Source: Bugula neritina
Lineage: Eukaryota > Animalia > Bryozoa
NCBI GenBank assembly: GCA_964035545.1
Contig: OZ037768.1
Location: 8,712,741 to 8,776,740 of the forward strand
Direction of reading: 5' to 3'
Length of the DNA: 64,000 nucleotides
Part shown: one piece after another, positions 1 through 10,530 of the stretch
How positions within the stretch are numbered: position 1 is the stretch's first letter
Layout of the letters: every line of letters starts with the position of its first letter
Position numbers and translations under genes: made by a program
The notes under the pieces: model-generated
The model's input: the letters and a program-made list of their open reading frames with translations, nothing else
Databases searched by the model: none
Told to the model about the DNA's origin: nothing

Positions 1-1
1 C

Positions 2-3000
2 GAGGGTGGCACGCTTGTGGGGGTCCGCGACGTGCGGCAGGATGAGGTCCCGGAACTCCGGAAATGTGGCCTGATCCACGGTGAACACGTGACCTGGGTG
101 GCAGCGCGAGATGCGCTGGTGGCGCAGCACATAATCCCGCTGGTAGGAGTATTCGCCGCAAGGGCAGAATACGTTGATGAAATGTTGTGGGGCGTGAACA
201 CGCAACCGCCGGGAGGAGGAGAATTTCCTCCGACATTGCCGGCAGATGCGGTTGCCCGCTGCCCCGCATGCTTCACTAATCTTCTGATTAGTGTCGCGAG
301 AGACCCAGGACTGGCGGGCGACCAGTGCCTGGGGTAGAGCCAAGGTGGGGGTGTCACCGTCTTCAGCTCGAGTAGAGGAGGGCACACCGCATAGTATTCC
401 CTGTTCCTCCCCGGCGGCTAATTGTAGCTCAACTGGGTTGGCGACAGGGTCACTATTCATGGTGGATAGCACCTCAGTCCGGTCTGTGGCGACCCGCGGG
501 CTGCAAGGAGCCGTCACGGGGGCTGGTGGAGGGGGGGAGTCGACTCGACTGACCTCCACCTCATCACACTCCATTGCAGTGTCTACAATAGACAGCAGAG
601 GCCGAGTAAGGCCGGTCTCGCCGTCGCCGAAATTCGGCATCGCCTTATAGGGTACTTTGTGGGTGGTAGGGAGCCGAGGTGAGTCATGGAGAGTGACTGA
701 CCCTATGTCCTGGTCTAATAAAAACTCATTTAGAGAGTCTTCTCCAAAACTCACATCGACTTCCTCCGTTAATAAATTAGATTCTAACAAATCTAAACTA
801 GCCCAATTAATTACAGTTGAGTCAGACTCCGGTACGGGAGGCTCTGACTCTAATGAAATACCTGTGTTTGTAGTGTTGTTACCGGGAAGAGTAATACCCA
901 TATCCAATTCGTGATTAATTCGATTACAAGTTTCAGCTTTAAAATTGCGTGTTACTAGTGGGTTAGTAGTAGTGCAAATGGCCGAGCCTCGTGTTTCAAT
1001 ATTTTTACCTGCTACGCGATCGTGGGGAATTCCCATCGAGTTTTGAAGGGACAACTCAGACAATCGCGTGCCCTCCGAATTTCGGTTTGCAACTGTTCCT
1101 TTTTGTAGTGATTCTCCAGGAGGTTGGAAGAATTTACTAACTAAGGAGGAGTAATGGCCCTGGACAGATGGATTCCCACTTGGGGGGGGCAACCCTAGGT
1201 GTCCTATGTGATAGTCTGCCAGATATCTGGGTGGTTTCCTCGCTCGCTGGCTCCTTTCCAGCGGTGTGGGTGCTGGTGGTGCCAGTTGCTCCTCAGTTGC
1301 CACCGTAGGGGGGTCCCCGCCTTCACCCGTAATACGGGTGGGGGTGTCCTCCCCCCAGAGGGGTGGTGGCTCTGGGGCGTGTTGCTGCTGCTGCTCCTGC
1401 CTCTGTTGTTGTTCCAACTGTTCTCGTAGGGCAGCCTGCTCCTGCTCTGCCTCCCTTCGGATGACAATTTCCACCTCCCGGGGCCGGGTGGCTCTCCCCC
1501 GCTGGTTAGGCTGGCGGTTGGGCTCCAGGAGGGGTGGAGCCTGACCCACCGCGTCTGGGCTGGCATGGTATGGTTTCAGGCGCTGTTCGCTCTGGACTGA
1601 GACCTGTCCAGAGCGCTCCACACGGTATGTGTGGTTGGCCAGCACCTCCACCACGCAGTAGGGACCCACGAACTTGGGCTGAAGTTTAGCCGACTGTCCG
1701 CGTCGCCTACGATAGCTCACCATCCAGACCCAGTCTCCCACCTGATACAATGGGGGCTCTTCTGAGTCCTCTGTGCGGATCTGCCACTGCTGGGCCCGCA
1801 GTGCATCATGGGCTTTACCCATGATCTCTGTCAGTCTTTCGACGTACTCATGTACCGGCGATTCGGGGGCGGGAACGTGGTATGTCAGGTGTTCCGGAAC
1901 CCGCGTTTCCCGGCCTAGCATCAGGAAGTTTGGGGTCTCCTGTGTGGTGGAGTGTGGTGTGCTGCGGTAAGCCCGCATGATTTGTGGCAGCACCACGTCC
2001 CATTCTTCCTGACCTCGACCAAGGAGCAGGCTCCTGAGGGCGTCACCCAACATCCTGTTGTTCCGCTCGACGACTCCGTTCCCTTGTGGGTGATATGGGG
2101 TGGTCCGACTCTGGTTCACCCCCCATATCCGGCAGAGGTCTCCCATGAGCTGGGACTGGAACTGGGCGCCCTGGTCCGTATGTATCTGCTCGGGCAAACC
2201 GAGGTAACAGAACACATGTTGGTCCAGGGTCCGGGCCACCGTGGGGGCAGTTGCGTCTGGGATAGCCAGAGCATCCGCCCACCGGGTAAAGTGGTCCGTG
2301 AGCACCAGTATCCAGGTGTTCCCTCTGGCGGATAACGGCATAGGCCCGACAAGGTCTACCGCCACTACTTGCCACGGTCGACCAGCGTACAGCCGGCGTC
2401 GACCAGTGGTTTCCGTGGGGCGGCCATGCTTGCTAGCTTGGCAGACCTCGCATTGCCGTACCCGCAGTCGTACGTCCCGAGTCATTCCGGGCCAATACCA
2501 ACGCAGCCGCAGACACCTGATGACCCGACTGACTCCAGAATGAGCCTGCTTATGGGTGTCCCAGATCAGTTCCCGTCGGAGGGCGCGTGGACAGACGACG
2601 CGGTCCCTCTCCTGCTGACGGTTGTCTGCTGCTAACGTTATCATCAGGAGGCCATCAGGACTGACCTTGAGGGCATCCCAGCGACGACAGAGGAGTTGGA
2701 ACTCAACGTCTCCCTGCCGCTGCTGTTCCTCGCTAGGTCGTCGGCCCTCCTTCTTGGCCCGGAAAATGTCCGCTACCGGGCCGGGTAGCGTCTCCTGGAG
2801 TCGGCACAGCTCCTTGACATTCTGGTACAGAGTGGGGTTGGCGTGAAGCGCCTGGACGTCGTCTGAGTGGGTTTCGGTCCGAAGATGGCCGTGCTCCCAC
2901 CGATAGACGGCGCCCTCCCCTAACTCTGTTTCCACGTCAAGGCGAGCGGGTCCCCCGTCCCGTTTTTCAATGTGCAGGCATTGCTTACAGTCCTCTACCG

Positions 3001-5614
3001 GCCGGCGGCTCATGCCGTCGGCGTTTCCGTGCTTCCGGCCAGCACGGTGTTCTATCCGGTAAGAGAACTCGGCAAGAATCTCTAGCCAACGAGCTACCTG
3101 GCTCGAGGGCTCCGCACGTTTACACAGCCATATCAGTGATGCATGGTCTGTTCGCAAACGGAACGTTCTCCCATACAGATATGGCCGAAAGTGCTTGACC
3201 GCCTTGACTACTGCTAGGAGTTCCTTCCTAGTGGTGCAGTAGTTCTTCTCGGCGGCCGCGAGAGTCTTGCTGTAGTAAGCCACGACCACCTCACTTCCAC
3301 CCTGGACTTGAGACAGGACAGCTCCCACGCTGTGGTCACTGGCGTCGGTGTCCAGGATGTACTCCTTGGCTGGATCAGGATACGCCAGAATTGGCGCCTC
3401 CATTAGCCGTTGCTTGAGGTGGTCGAATGCCTGCTGCTCCTCCTGCGTCCACTGCCACCGGACCCCTTTTGCGGTCAGCCGATTTAACGGCTGAGCCACT
3501 CCTGCGAAGCCAGGTATGTACTGCCGGTAGTACCCTACTAGGCCCAAGAATGCGCGCAACTCAGGGAGGTCACGGGGGACAGTCCACTGCTTCACAGCCT
3601 GTACCTTCTCTGGGTCGGTAGCGACCCCATCACGGCCCACCACATGGCCCAGGTACGTGACTTCCGGCTGCAAGAGTGCACACTTGGAGGGCTTCAGCTT
3701 GAGTCCAGCTGCCCGGAGGCGGTCAAAGACCTCCCGCAGACGACTGACATGAGTCGAAAAGTCTGGCGAGATGACAATGACGTCGTCCAGATAGATGAGG
3801 AGGGTCTTCCAGTGTAATCCACTGAGGACCTGCTCCATGAGCCGTTGGAAAGTTGCCGGGGCGGACGTTAGTCCAAATGGCAGTACTTTCCACTTCCAGA
3901 GCCCGTCGCGAGTAATGAATGCTGCTTTGTCCTGGGCATCAGGACTGAGAGGCACTTGCCAGTACCCGCTAAGCAGATCCAAAGTACTGAAGTACTTGCT
4001 ACCCGCGAGGGCATCCAGAGACTCATCTATCCGTGGGAGAGGGTAGGCGTCTTGGATGGTAACGCTGTTGAGTCTGCGGTAGTCCACACAGAACCTCCAG
4101 CTACCATCTTTCTTCTTGACCAGGACTACTGGAGAGCTCCACGCACCGTGGGCAGGCTCAATCAGATCCCGGTCGAGAAGATCCTGTACCTGTCGGCTCA
4201 CCTCCTTCTCCTTCTCCGGGCCTAGACGCCGGGTAGGCTGCCTGATGGGAGTGGTGCCGGCTGCCAGGGGTATCTCGTGGGAGATGACCTTGGTCAGCCC
4301 CATGTCTCTATCTCCACGACTGAAGACATCACTGTACTCCGCAAGTAGTTGAGCCAGTACTTGGCGTTCAGTACTACTTGTACAGTTTCCACACGCCCCA
4401 TCATACAGGTCAGCCATATGCTCCGGGACTGCTCCTCGTCTGGTGTGAGGGGGGTTCCCCTGGGTGTCGGCCACTGTCTCCAGTGCCGGACCCACATCCG
4501 CTTCCTGGATGGAGTGGTACTTCCCCACCAGCGCTCCAGCCGATAATCGGACAGGTTCCGTGAAGGGGTTGATGCACTGCACGAGGAGCTCCTGCCGACA
4601 ATCTAGCCGATTCAGGCTGTTTGCTAGTCGGATCGCTCCGTGCGTTCCCTCAACCACCCCCAGGCCGGCGATCCCCTTGCAGTTGACTCTGCAGCGAAGA
4701 GTCGCCTGGGATCTTCCCGGAACCGTGCAGTCCCGCACTACCTGGACTCCGCCCACCAAGGGCCTTCCGAACTTGTCGACGCAGACAAGCTCCTTCCCAG
4801 CCATCACCACCACTGACTTCTGGAAATCCATGTGACACTGGTGTTTCTCCAGAAACGGCATTCCCAGGATGGCGTCCTCCTTCAGCTGGCTGACTATGAA
4901 CGTCTCGTGAATTGCTTGATCACGGACGCGTCCAGGTAGTGAAATGACGCCGTAGAAAGGAATGCATGATCCGTCCGCCAACGTACCATGCGCACCTTCA
5001 TACGGCTCGAGGCTCGCCCGCTCTCGTGCACCAAGAGTGTCAAAGAGACGCCTACTCAGCAGGTTGGTAGTGCACCCAGTATCCAGTAGGAATGTGGCAG
5101 CTTTACCCGAAATCTTTCCGGGCAGAAAGTAGCTGCTTCCATACGGCTGGGCGCTCCTGGAGCGGTCAGTCTCTGGGGGAGACACAACTTGGGTCCGCAC
5201 AGCGGGCCTCCTCTTTGTCTTAGAGACAACGGGGGTTTTCTGAGGTCGGGAGGGTAGCTTGGGGTACTCTTGCGAGTAAGCTGAATCCTCCTCCACAACC
5301 TCCTCGGGCAACCCCGCGAACCGGTTCTGGAGTGGCCAGGCCGGAGGATCGGGTAGACCTTGCGGTCTCCGAGATCTCCGAGGTGCCTGCCATCCTGCTT
5401 CTTCTAGCTGCATCCGGGTCTCGAGTGACACGGCCGGAGGATCGGGTAGACCTTGCGGTCTCCGAGGTCTCCGTGGCCTCTGCCACTCGGTATCGGCAGA
5501 CCCTGTGGAGGTCTCTTCTTCTCCTCTTCGAGTCCTATCCCGGATGGGATTGGCGTGAGGCCCACGGTTGGCGGAAGTTACCGTGAGCCTTGGGTGTTTA
5601 AAGGCCCTTGGCCT
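2..5614 (-). CDS. pol: Pol polyprotein (protease, RT, RNase H, integrase) with a long C-terminal zinc-finger extension; open past the window edge; probably expressed by -1 frameshift from gag
   Basis: Hand translation finds no stop between the TAG at 5617-5615 and position 2 (1871 codons). Motifs: FLLDTGC (5083-5075), WRFCVDYRRLN, LPFGLTSAPATFQR, YLDD (3793-3782), ILDTDAS, TDHASL, NADGMSR, HHCC (H..H..CEVC), VDLVGP / HTDQG / NGVVER (DDE), GPY (1666-1658), RSQRARKPPRYLADY (1255-1211). Confidence 0.93.
5339..5473. repeat. Two 42-bp direct repeats (5339-5380 and 5432-5473, one mismatch, 93-bp offset) upstream of the protease
   Basis: ggccggaggatcgggtagaccttgcggtctccgag(a/g)tctccg occurs twice; it is in frame and encodes RR(P/S)RRPQGLPDPPA twice in pol. 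Confidence 0.9.
5558..5602 (-). promoter_or_regulatory. -1 programmed ribosomal frameshift signal: U_UUA_AAC slippery heptamer plus 11-bp hairpin
   Basis: Minus strand reads CCT TTA AAC in the gag frame (heptamer 5602-5596). After a 5-nt spacer, AGGCUCACGGU (5590-5580) pairs with ACCGUGGGCCU (5568-5558; one G-U). Pol is in the -1 frame and overlaps the gag end. Confidence 0.88.
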
Positions 5615-6483
5615 CTAGGGCAGTGCCTCCTCACATGCCCTTGCACCCCGCACCCCCAACAGGTTAGTAGAGATGGGCGGACAGGGTTGTCCCGTGAACG
5701 GGGAGCCCGCCTATCCGCCTGTTCGCTCTGCAACTTCGTCACTGTAGCCTGCAGGCCTTTCATCATGTCCATTAACATGGTGAGCTGCGTCTGCTCGAGT
5801 GATTTAGTTGCTGCGGCCGCTACTTGGGGTTTAGCAGGCAGGGCGGTCTCCTCATCGACCACCTGGCGGGCGGCGAATCTTGGTCCTTGAAGCTCTTCTA
5901 CCTGGAAATAGGCTTTACCCGTTTCCAGAGCTTCGTCCAGGCTGCCCACCTTGCCAGCCATCCAATAGCGTTGGAGGTCAGGATGATTTATACTCCGGAA
6001 AAACGCGTTGTACACCAGGCGCTGTCTTTCCGTTCCGGTAGCCTGGCTGAAAGCAGCCTGGGCCAAGCGTTCCACCACGTTGGCGTGGTCCTCCAATGAT
6101 GTCCTCCTGTCCCTTCTCAGGGCCTGTAGGCGGTCAGACGCCTCCTCTGACGTCATGCCAAACCTGGCCCTTAGGGCACGTAAGATGTGTGCTTCATCGG
6201 GCCCCAGAGCGAAACTCTTGGCCCGGCCTGTCAAACAGGCCCGGAGTTGGAGGACGCGCACCGGCACTGGCCATTCAGCGATGGTGGCCACGTCCTGGAA
6301 CTCCCGGATGAATTGCTCCACATCCCCATCACCTCCAAAAGTTGGGGGACTGAGGCGGTACCTGTCACCAGGTGGCGCCTGCCCTGTCCCCTGCAACTTT
6401 CGGAGGGCTGTCACCAAAGCCTCCACAGTGAGGGTTGGTGTCGCGGCTGCTCCAGGGGTTGCCTCCTCACCCCCTGGAGCCAT
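5578..6483 (-). CDS. gag: Gag protein, 301 aa, with C-terminal CCHC zinc knuckle
   Basis: ORF track; PPTFGGDGDVEQFIREF / LRACLTGRA capsid-like region; CWGCGVQGHVRRHC = CX2CX4HX4C; starts just downstream of the PBS. Confidence 0.95.
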   Translation of the reverse strand: MAPGGEEATPGAAATPTLTVEALVTALRKLQGTGQAPPGDRYRLSPPTFGGDGDVEQFIREFQDVATIAEWPVPVRVLQLRACLTGRAKSFALGPDEAHILRALRARFGMTSEEASDRLQALRRDRRTSLEDHANVVERLAQAAFSQATGTERQRLVYNAFFRSINHPDLQRYWMAGKVGSLDEALETGKAYFQVEELQGPRFAARQVVDEETALPAKPQVAAAATKSLEQTQLTMLMDMMKGLQATVTKLQSEQADRRAPRSRDNPVRPSLLTCWGCGVQGHVRRHCPRGQGPLNTQGSR

Positions 6484-6510
6484 CTTGTTCTTCTTACACT
6501 AGTATTCAGA

Positions 6511-6528
6511 ATCCCACTGCTGCCACCA
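6511..6528 (-). promoter_or_regulatory. Primer-binding site, complementary to a tRNA-Leu-type 3' end
   Basis: Minus strand TGGTGGCAGCAGTGGGAT begins 1 nt after the LTR-terminal CA; plus strand ATCCCACTGCTGCCACCA resembles the 3' 18 nt of metazoan tRNA-Leu including CCA (from memory). Confidence 0.85.
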
Positions 6529-6529
6529 A

Positions 6530-6878
6530 TGTGATAAACTTGTGGGTTGAATGTAACTTAGTGCAGAACAAGATAGGTTGAAGTAGTAGAGTTCCAAATG
6601 TTTATTATAGTATAAAAATAATGTCAACTTGTCTAGGCGAGCTCCAGTAGTAGACTGGCTTAACACCGTAACTCGCCTGCTTTTATATACAGCGAACAAA
6701 AGAACATAAAACAAAGAATCTTTTGTGTGTGTGGCCCGAAGTTCGGTAGCTCCGAAATTCGGCAGGCCCGAAGATCGGGGGAACCGATCTTCGGTCAAGC
6801 CGAAACTCGGAACTCCGAATTTCGGACCCCAATTAACATTATTGAACAAAAGAACAAACCAAGGCATAATCTATCACA
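6530..6878 (-). repeat. 5' LTR, 349 bp
   Basis: Terminal inverted repeats TGTGATA...TATCACA; abuts the PBS; minus-strand TATATAAAA at 6689-6681 and AATAAA at 6606-6601. The partner LTR and TSD cannot be checked in this window. Confidence 0.88.
6736..6825. repeat. Array of six CCGA-N3-TCGG palindromes in the LTR U3
   Basis: Copies start at 6736, 6752, 6768, 6784, 6800 and 6815 (period 16,16,16,16,15); arms are invariant while centres and spacers differ. Confidence 0.95.
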
Positions 6879-7664
6879 ATATGAATCCAAGGTTTTGTCT
6901 AAGACCAGCGGCAGCAGAAAAGGCAGCTTACTTCAGCAAGAGACAAATACAGAGTGAACTTTTAGTCATTTTGATTGTTGAACAATTTGCAAGACGCAAC
7001 GTATCTTTTAACTTTCAAATACTTCCATTGTTGACATTATGCTATATATTATATGCTATATATGCTCTATGTATGTGTGTGTGTGTGTGCAAATGTGCAT
7101 TTCAGCAAGAAACTTAGTTTTGAATAAGGTCGTTGATATTGGAGAATAAGTCAATTAATAGCTATGATGAACTACTTGAGATTGGCAATCATATCTGTCC
7201 ATAGATTACATATATATTAATGACTCGTATTCTGCATACAAGAATTTTTTCAACTTGACAAGCAAAGCGGAATAAATGTTCTGCAGTTTATATCTGTTCT
7301 ATAGTATCCATACAATATTATGTCTATAGGTATGGTGCACTATAGTAGATCACACCTTTTATTGTATCTTTATTTTACATATATCTTTTTTATTTTGCTT
7401 ACTCATTAGAAGATTACTCTTTTGTTTGAAAAATAAAATAGCAACAACATTTGATTAATAGGAGATGCAAGACTAAAAAGGACTAAAATAAAAATATCTT
7501 TGTAAGCAAATAATGCACATATAACTAACAAATTTTTATTAAAATTTAGTACAAAGTACAAATGACAAAATTAACAAAATATTAGTAAAGTTTTAAAAAG
7601 CAACGAAAGAATTTCCAGTATTAAACAAAATCGCAAGCACCATACATATATTAATCACATCAAA

Positions 7665-9810
7665 TCACGCATTTAAGGAATAAAATAGAGTAGGCGTGGG
7701 CGAGCGATCAGTAGCAACAGCTGGTGAGGCTCTCATATTACTTGGAGTTAACTTCCCACCATTTCTTTGCCACAATTCTATACCTCTTCTAACAATCTCA
7801 TCTGCCGTATCGGTTTTGATCTAAAAGACATCATTGTAGTGTGGGAATCACCGCACACTTCTAAAACTCTTACTTTGAAGAATCCAATTTATTTTAAATT
7901 AGAAAGTTTTTTTTCTATAATAGGGATATCTACCTGAGTGAATATTTCAAGGATCTTAGAAGTTGTTTTCATGACTAGAATTGGTCTTCTGTTTATAATA
8001 ATTGTAAAGACTGCAATATAAACTAAAATCATGGTGGATCCTGACATCACTTTGTCCCAGACTCTGTAAAGATAAAGAATATCTTCAGATTCTAGTCAAC
8101 ATATCACTAAAATTATGAGCAGCACAACGCTAAGCTGTAATTCAATTTCAAATATCAATATTAAAAGAAACATAACATATAACTGAGAAAAAACCATCGT
8201 ATATTTATTATTTGCAAAGTCACTGACCATGATAAAATTAGGTCTCACAGCTATAAATATCGGTTTGGGTTTTAAGCTCAAGATTCAACCTGTTTAAATT
8301 TTGAGCACACAACTCTTTCTACTACTGCTGCCTTCAACACCAAAGTTAGCCAACAGCTTTTTACATCTACTTTTAGATGCTGCGTTTGTGGCAAAATATT
8401 ATCAAAAGCAATATGGAAATGTCTTTTGAAAACTAACAAACCTCACAAAAGTAGTTTCGGGAAGAACATCAGCAAAACAGTTGGAAAACCATTTGCTATA
8501 CGGAATGTTGTGATAGGCTTCAACTTTCACCAAATGCTCACAAAGTTTTCCATCCTCATAATCTAGTTGTAGATATGCCCTGTCAACCTGCAGACATTAT
8601 TACATAATACTACTGACTCATTCAGATGCTAAAAATTTCATTAAGTTAAAAAACTGAGTGTGATGAGACACTACAAACTAACCAAACTGGAGATATCAGG
8701 CTGCACACGCTGTCGTATGAAATCCGTAAAATTCCGAGACAACCAATATGTATCACATGGAATAAAATCCATTCTGTGTACGGCAGTGATGACGTCATAA
8801 AATATTTTTGCCTCGTCATGTATAAACAGGCTTTCAGCGCTGAAAGAAAACACCCTGTTTTCAATCAAGTACATTGCAACATATATGTTAAGGCTGTCAG
8901 TTGCATTGTCCATGGAAGACAAGCGCAGTAGCTTAACAACATGCTCTAACTTCTGAAAATGCTCAAGCCTCTGCTCTGCCACATATTTCACAGTTGATTG
9001 GTAAATGGGTGAAATTTCTAAAACAGAATATTTGCAATATTGAAATTAAACAATCACCTTAATAAGCAAGAATAGGTTTGTTTTATTTGTTACTATTCAT
9101 CACTTTCATAATAAGTTTTAAAGAAATTTATAAATTTAAAATATAAAATTAAATAAATTTTTACATATTTTGACTTCCTTAAAATTAGACACAAAAATAC
9201 AGTAGTAAGCGTGAATAAGTTTAACCAAGAACGTAACCCATGTAACTAAGAAACAATCTCCTGCTTATACTACAATGTATATTTAATCACAACTTATCCA
9301 TAAACATAATGCCATTAGAAAAATAACTATATACATAAAAGATATTATGCATGAAAATTGCAATGATTTCTAAATATAGAATAAACAAGGAGTAGAGCTA
9401 TTGATTCAACAAATTGATAGAATGCCAAAGTGACATGATAGAAGAAAATAACTTTCATTTTAAAATTAACTTGCAATTGCATACTTACAACTTTGACTTT
9501 ACAAAACTTAAAATTATCCAAATAGACAAAAGTTAAATCACTTAAATGTAAACACAACATGATCAACATCAACATGAACAGTCAAACCCAAAAACATACC
9601 TAATAATATTTTCCACAGCTCGCATCTAAATTCACTAGGTAAGTGCAAATATTGGCAATACTGCCTTAGCTTTTTTAAATCAAGAGGCGTAGCACTCAAC
9701 AGTTTTTTGAGATTTTTCTTCTCATCTACTGCAGATGTAGAACCAAGCTTATGATAGTAGTTAGATCTAAAGTTTTGACTAGAGTCAGTATGACTACTAG
9801 TACTAGACAT
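7665..9810 (-). CDS. TBC1D7: TBC1 domain family member 7, 5 coding exons, ~325 aa
   Basis: Exons 9810-9600, 9017-8683, 8587-8442, 8063-7934, 7820-7665; all GT-AG and phase-consistent. Motifs QNFRSNYYHKLG..VDEKK, LWKILL, WFSNCFADVLP, RVWDKVMSGS, IELWQRNGG. Confidence 0.92.
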
Positions 9811-10530
9811 AGTTTAAAACCTATTATCGATTTTAACTGTTTAATAACAACGCATAAAAATTACAAGCAATTTTAATCAACAATCACATTAAGATCAATT
9901 TGTTGAACTTCATTGTCATTGTGATTGTGACTCACATCAAGTTCAACTAGCCCGATTTATTCAGTGGGATTTATTTATGAAAACAAATGAGTTAGTAGGA
10001 CTCGTTTATTACAACCTGTGATTACATGTAATAACAATATACTGCCAATGGATAGTGATACCACGTGTCCTATTAACTCTTTTACACACCCCTTCTGCTC
10101 TAAGGCTAATATAGAGTAGTTAGAAGACTGCTTGACGTAGCACAAGGTTTGAGGTTATTGAGTGCCGTACGTTAAGCTCTCAAGTTTAGGGTTGGGTATT
10201 TGGAGTTCAGACAATATTGAATAAAGCACTCAGTGGCCCCGAACTTTGTTTTGCATCTAGTGATTTTTAGCAGTGGGTAGGGAAGTGCGAAATTACAATA
10301 ATAATTATAATAATTTAGTTTTTTTTCTATATTATATAAACTATTATATAGTCACTATCCCCGTGAAAATAAAATTTGAAAATGATTGTGAAAGTGTTAT
10401 CATTTTCGTTGTTCAATATAAATATGGATATTTATATTGAATACGATATTAAATTTAATATTCATATTCATATTGATATTTGAAATTCATATTCATAATT
10501 CTGAATTCATATTGATATTGTAATTGCAGC

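Larger units (their letters stand above)
1..6878 (-). mobile_element. Ty3/Gypsy LTR retrotransposon, apparently intact; 3' part (end of pol, PPT, 3' LTR) lies outside the window
   Basis: LTR + PBS + gag with CCHC knuckle + pol in the PR-RT-RH-IN order diagnostic of Ty3/Gypsy; visibly much higher GC than the flanking host DNA. Confidence 0.97.

Noticed and set aside
2-1210. Pol tail as an env gene or chromodomain
   Set aside because: No signal peptide, TM helix or chromodomain pattern in the visible part; it is in frame with pol and contains zinc fingers.
17-6534. Numerous plus-strand and short alternative-frame ORFs across the retrotransposon
   Set aside because: These are shadows of the GC-rich gag/pol reading frames with no recognisable motifs.
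6736-6825. CRISPR-like repeat/spacer look of the palindrome array
   Set aside because: Repeats are 11 bp with 4-5-bp spacers, sit inside a eukaryotic LTR, and no cas genes are present.
10080-10170. Possible tRNA gene
   Set aside because: Only a vague A/B-box resemblance; no cloverleaf could be built.
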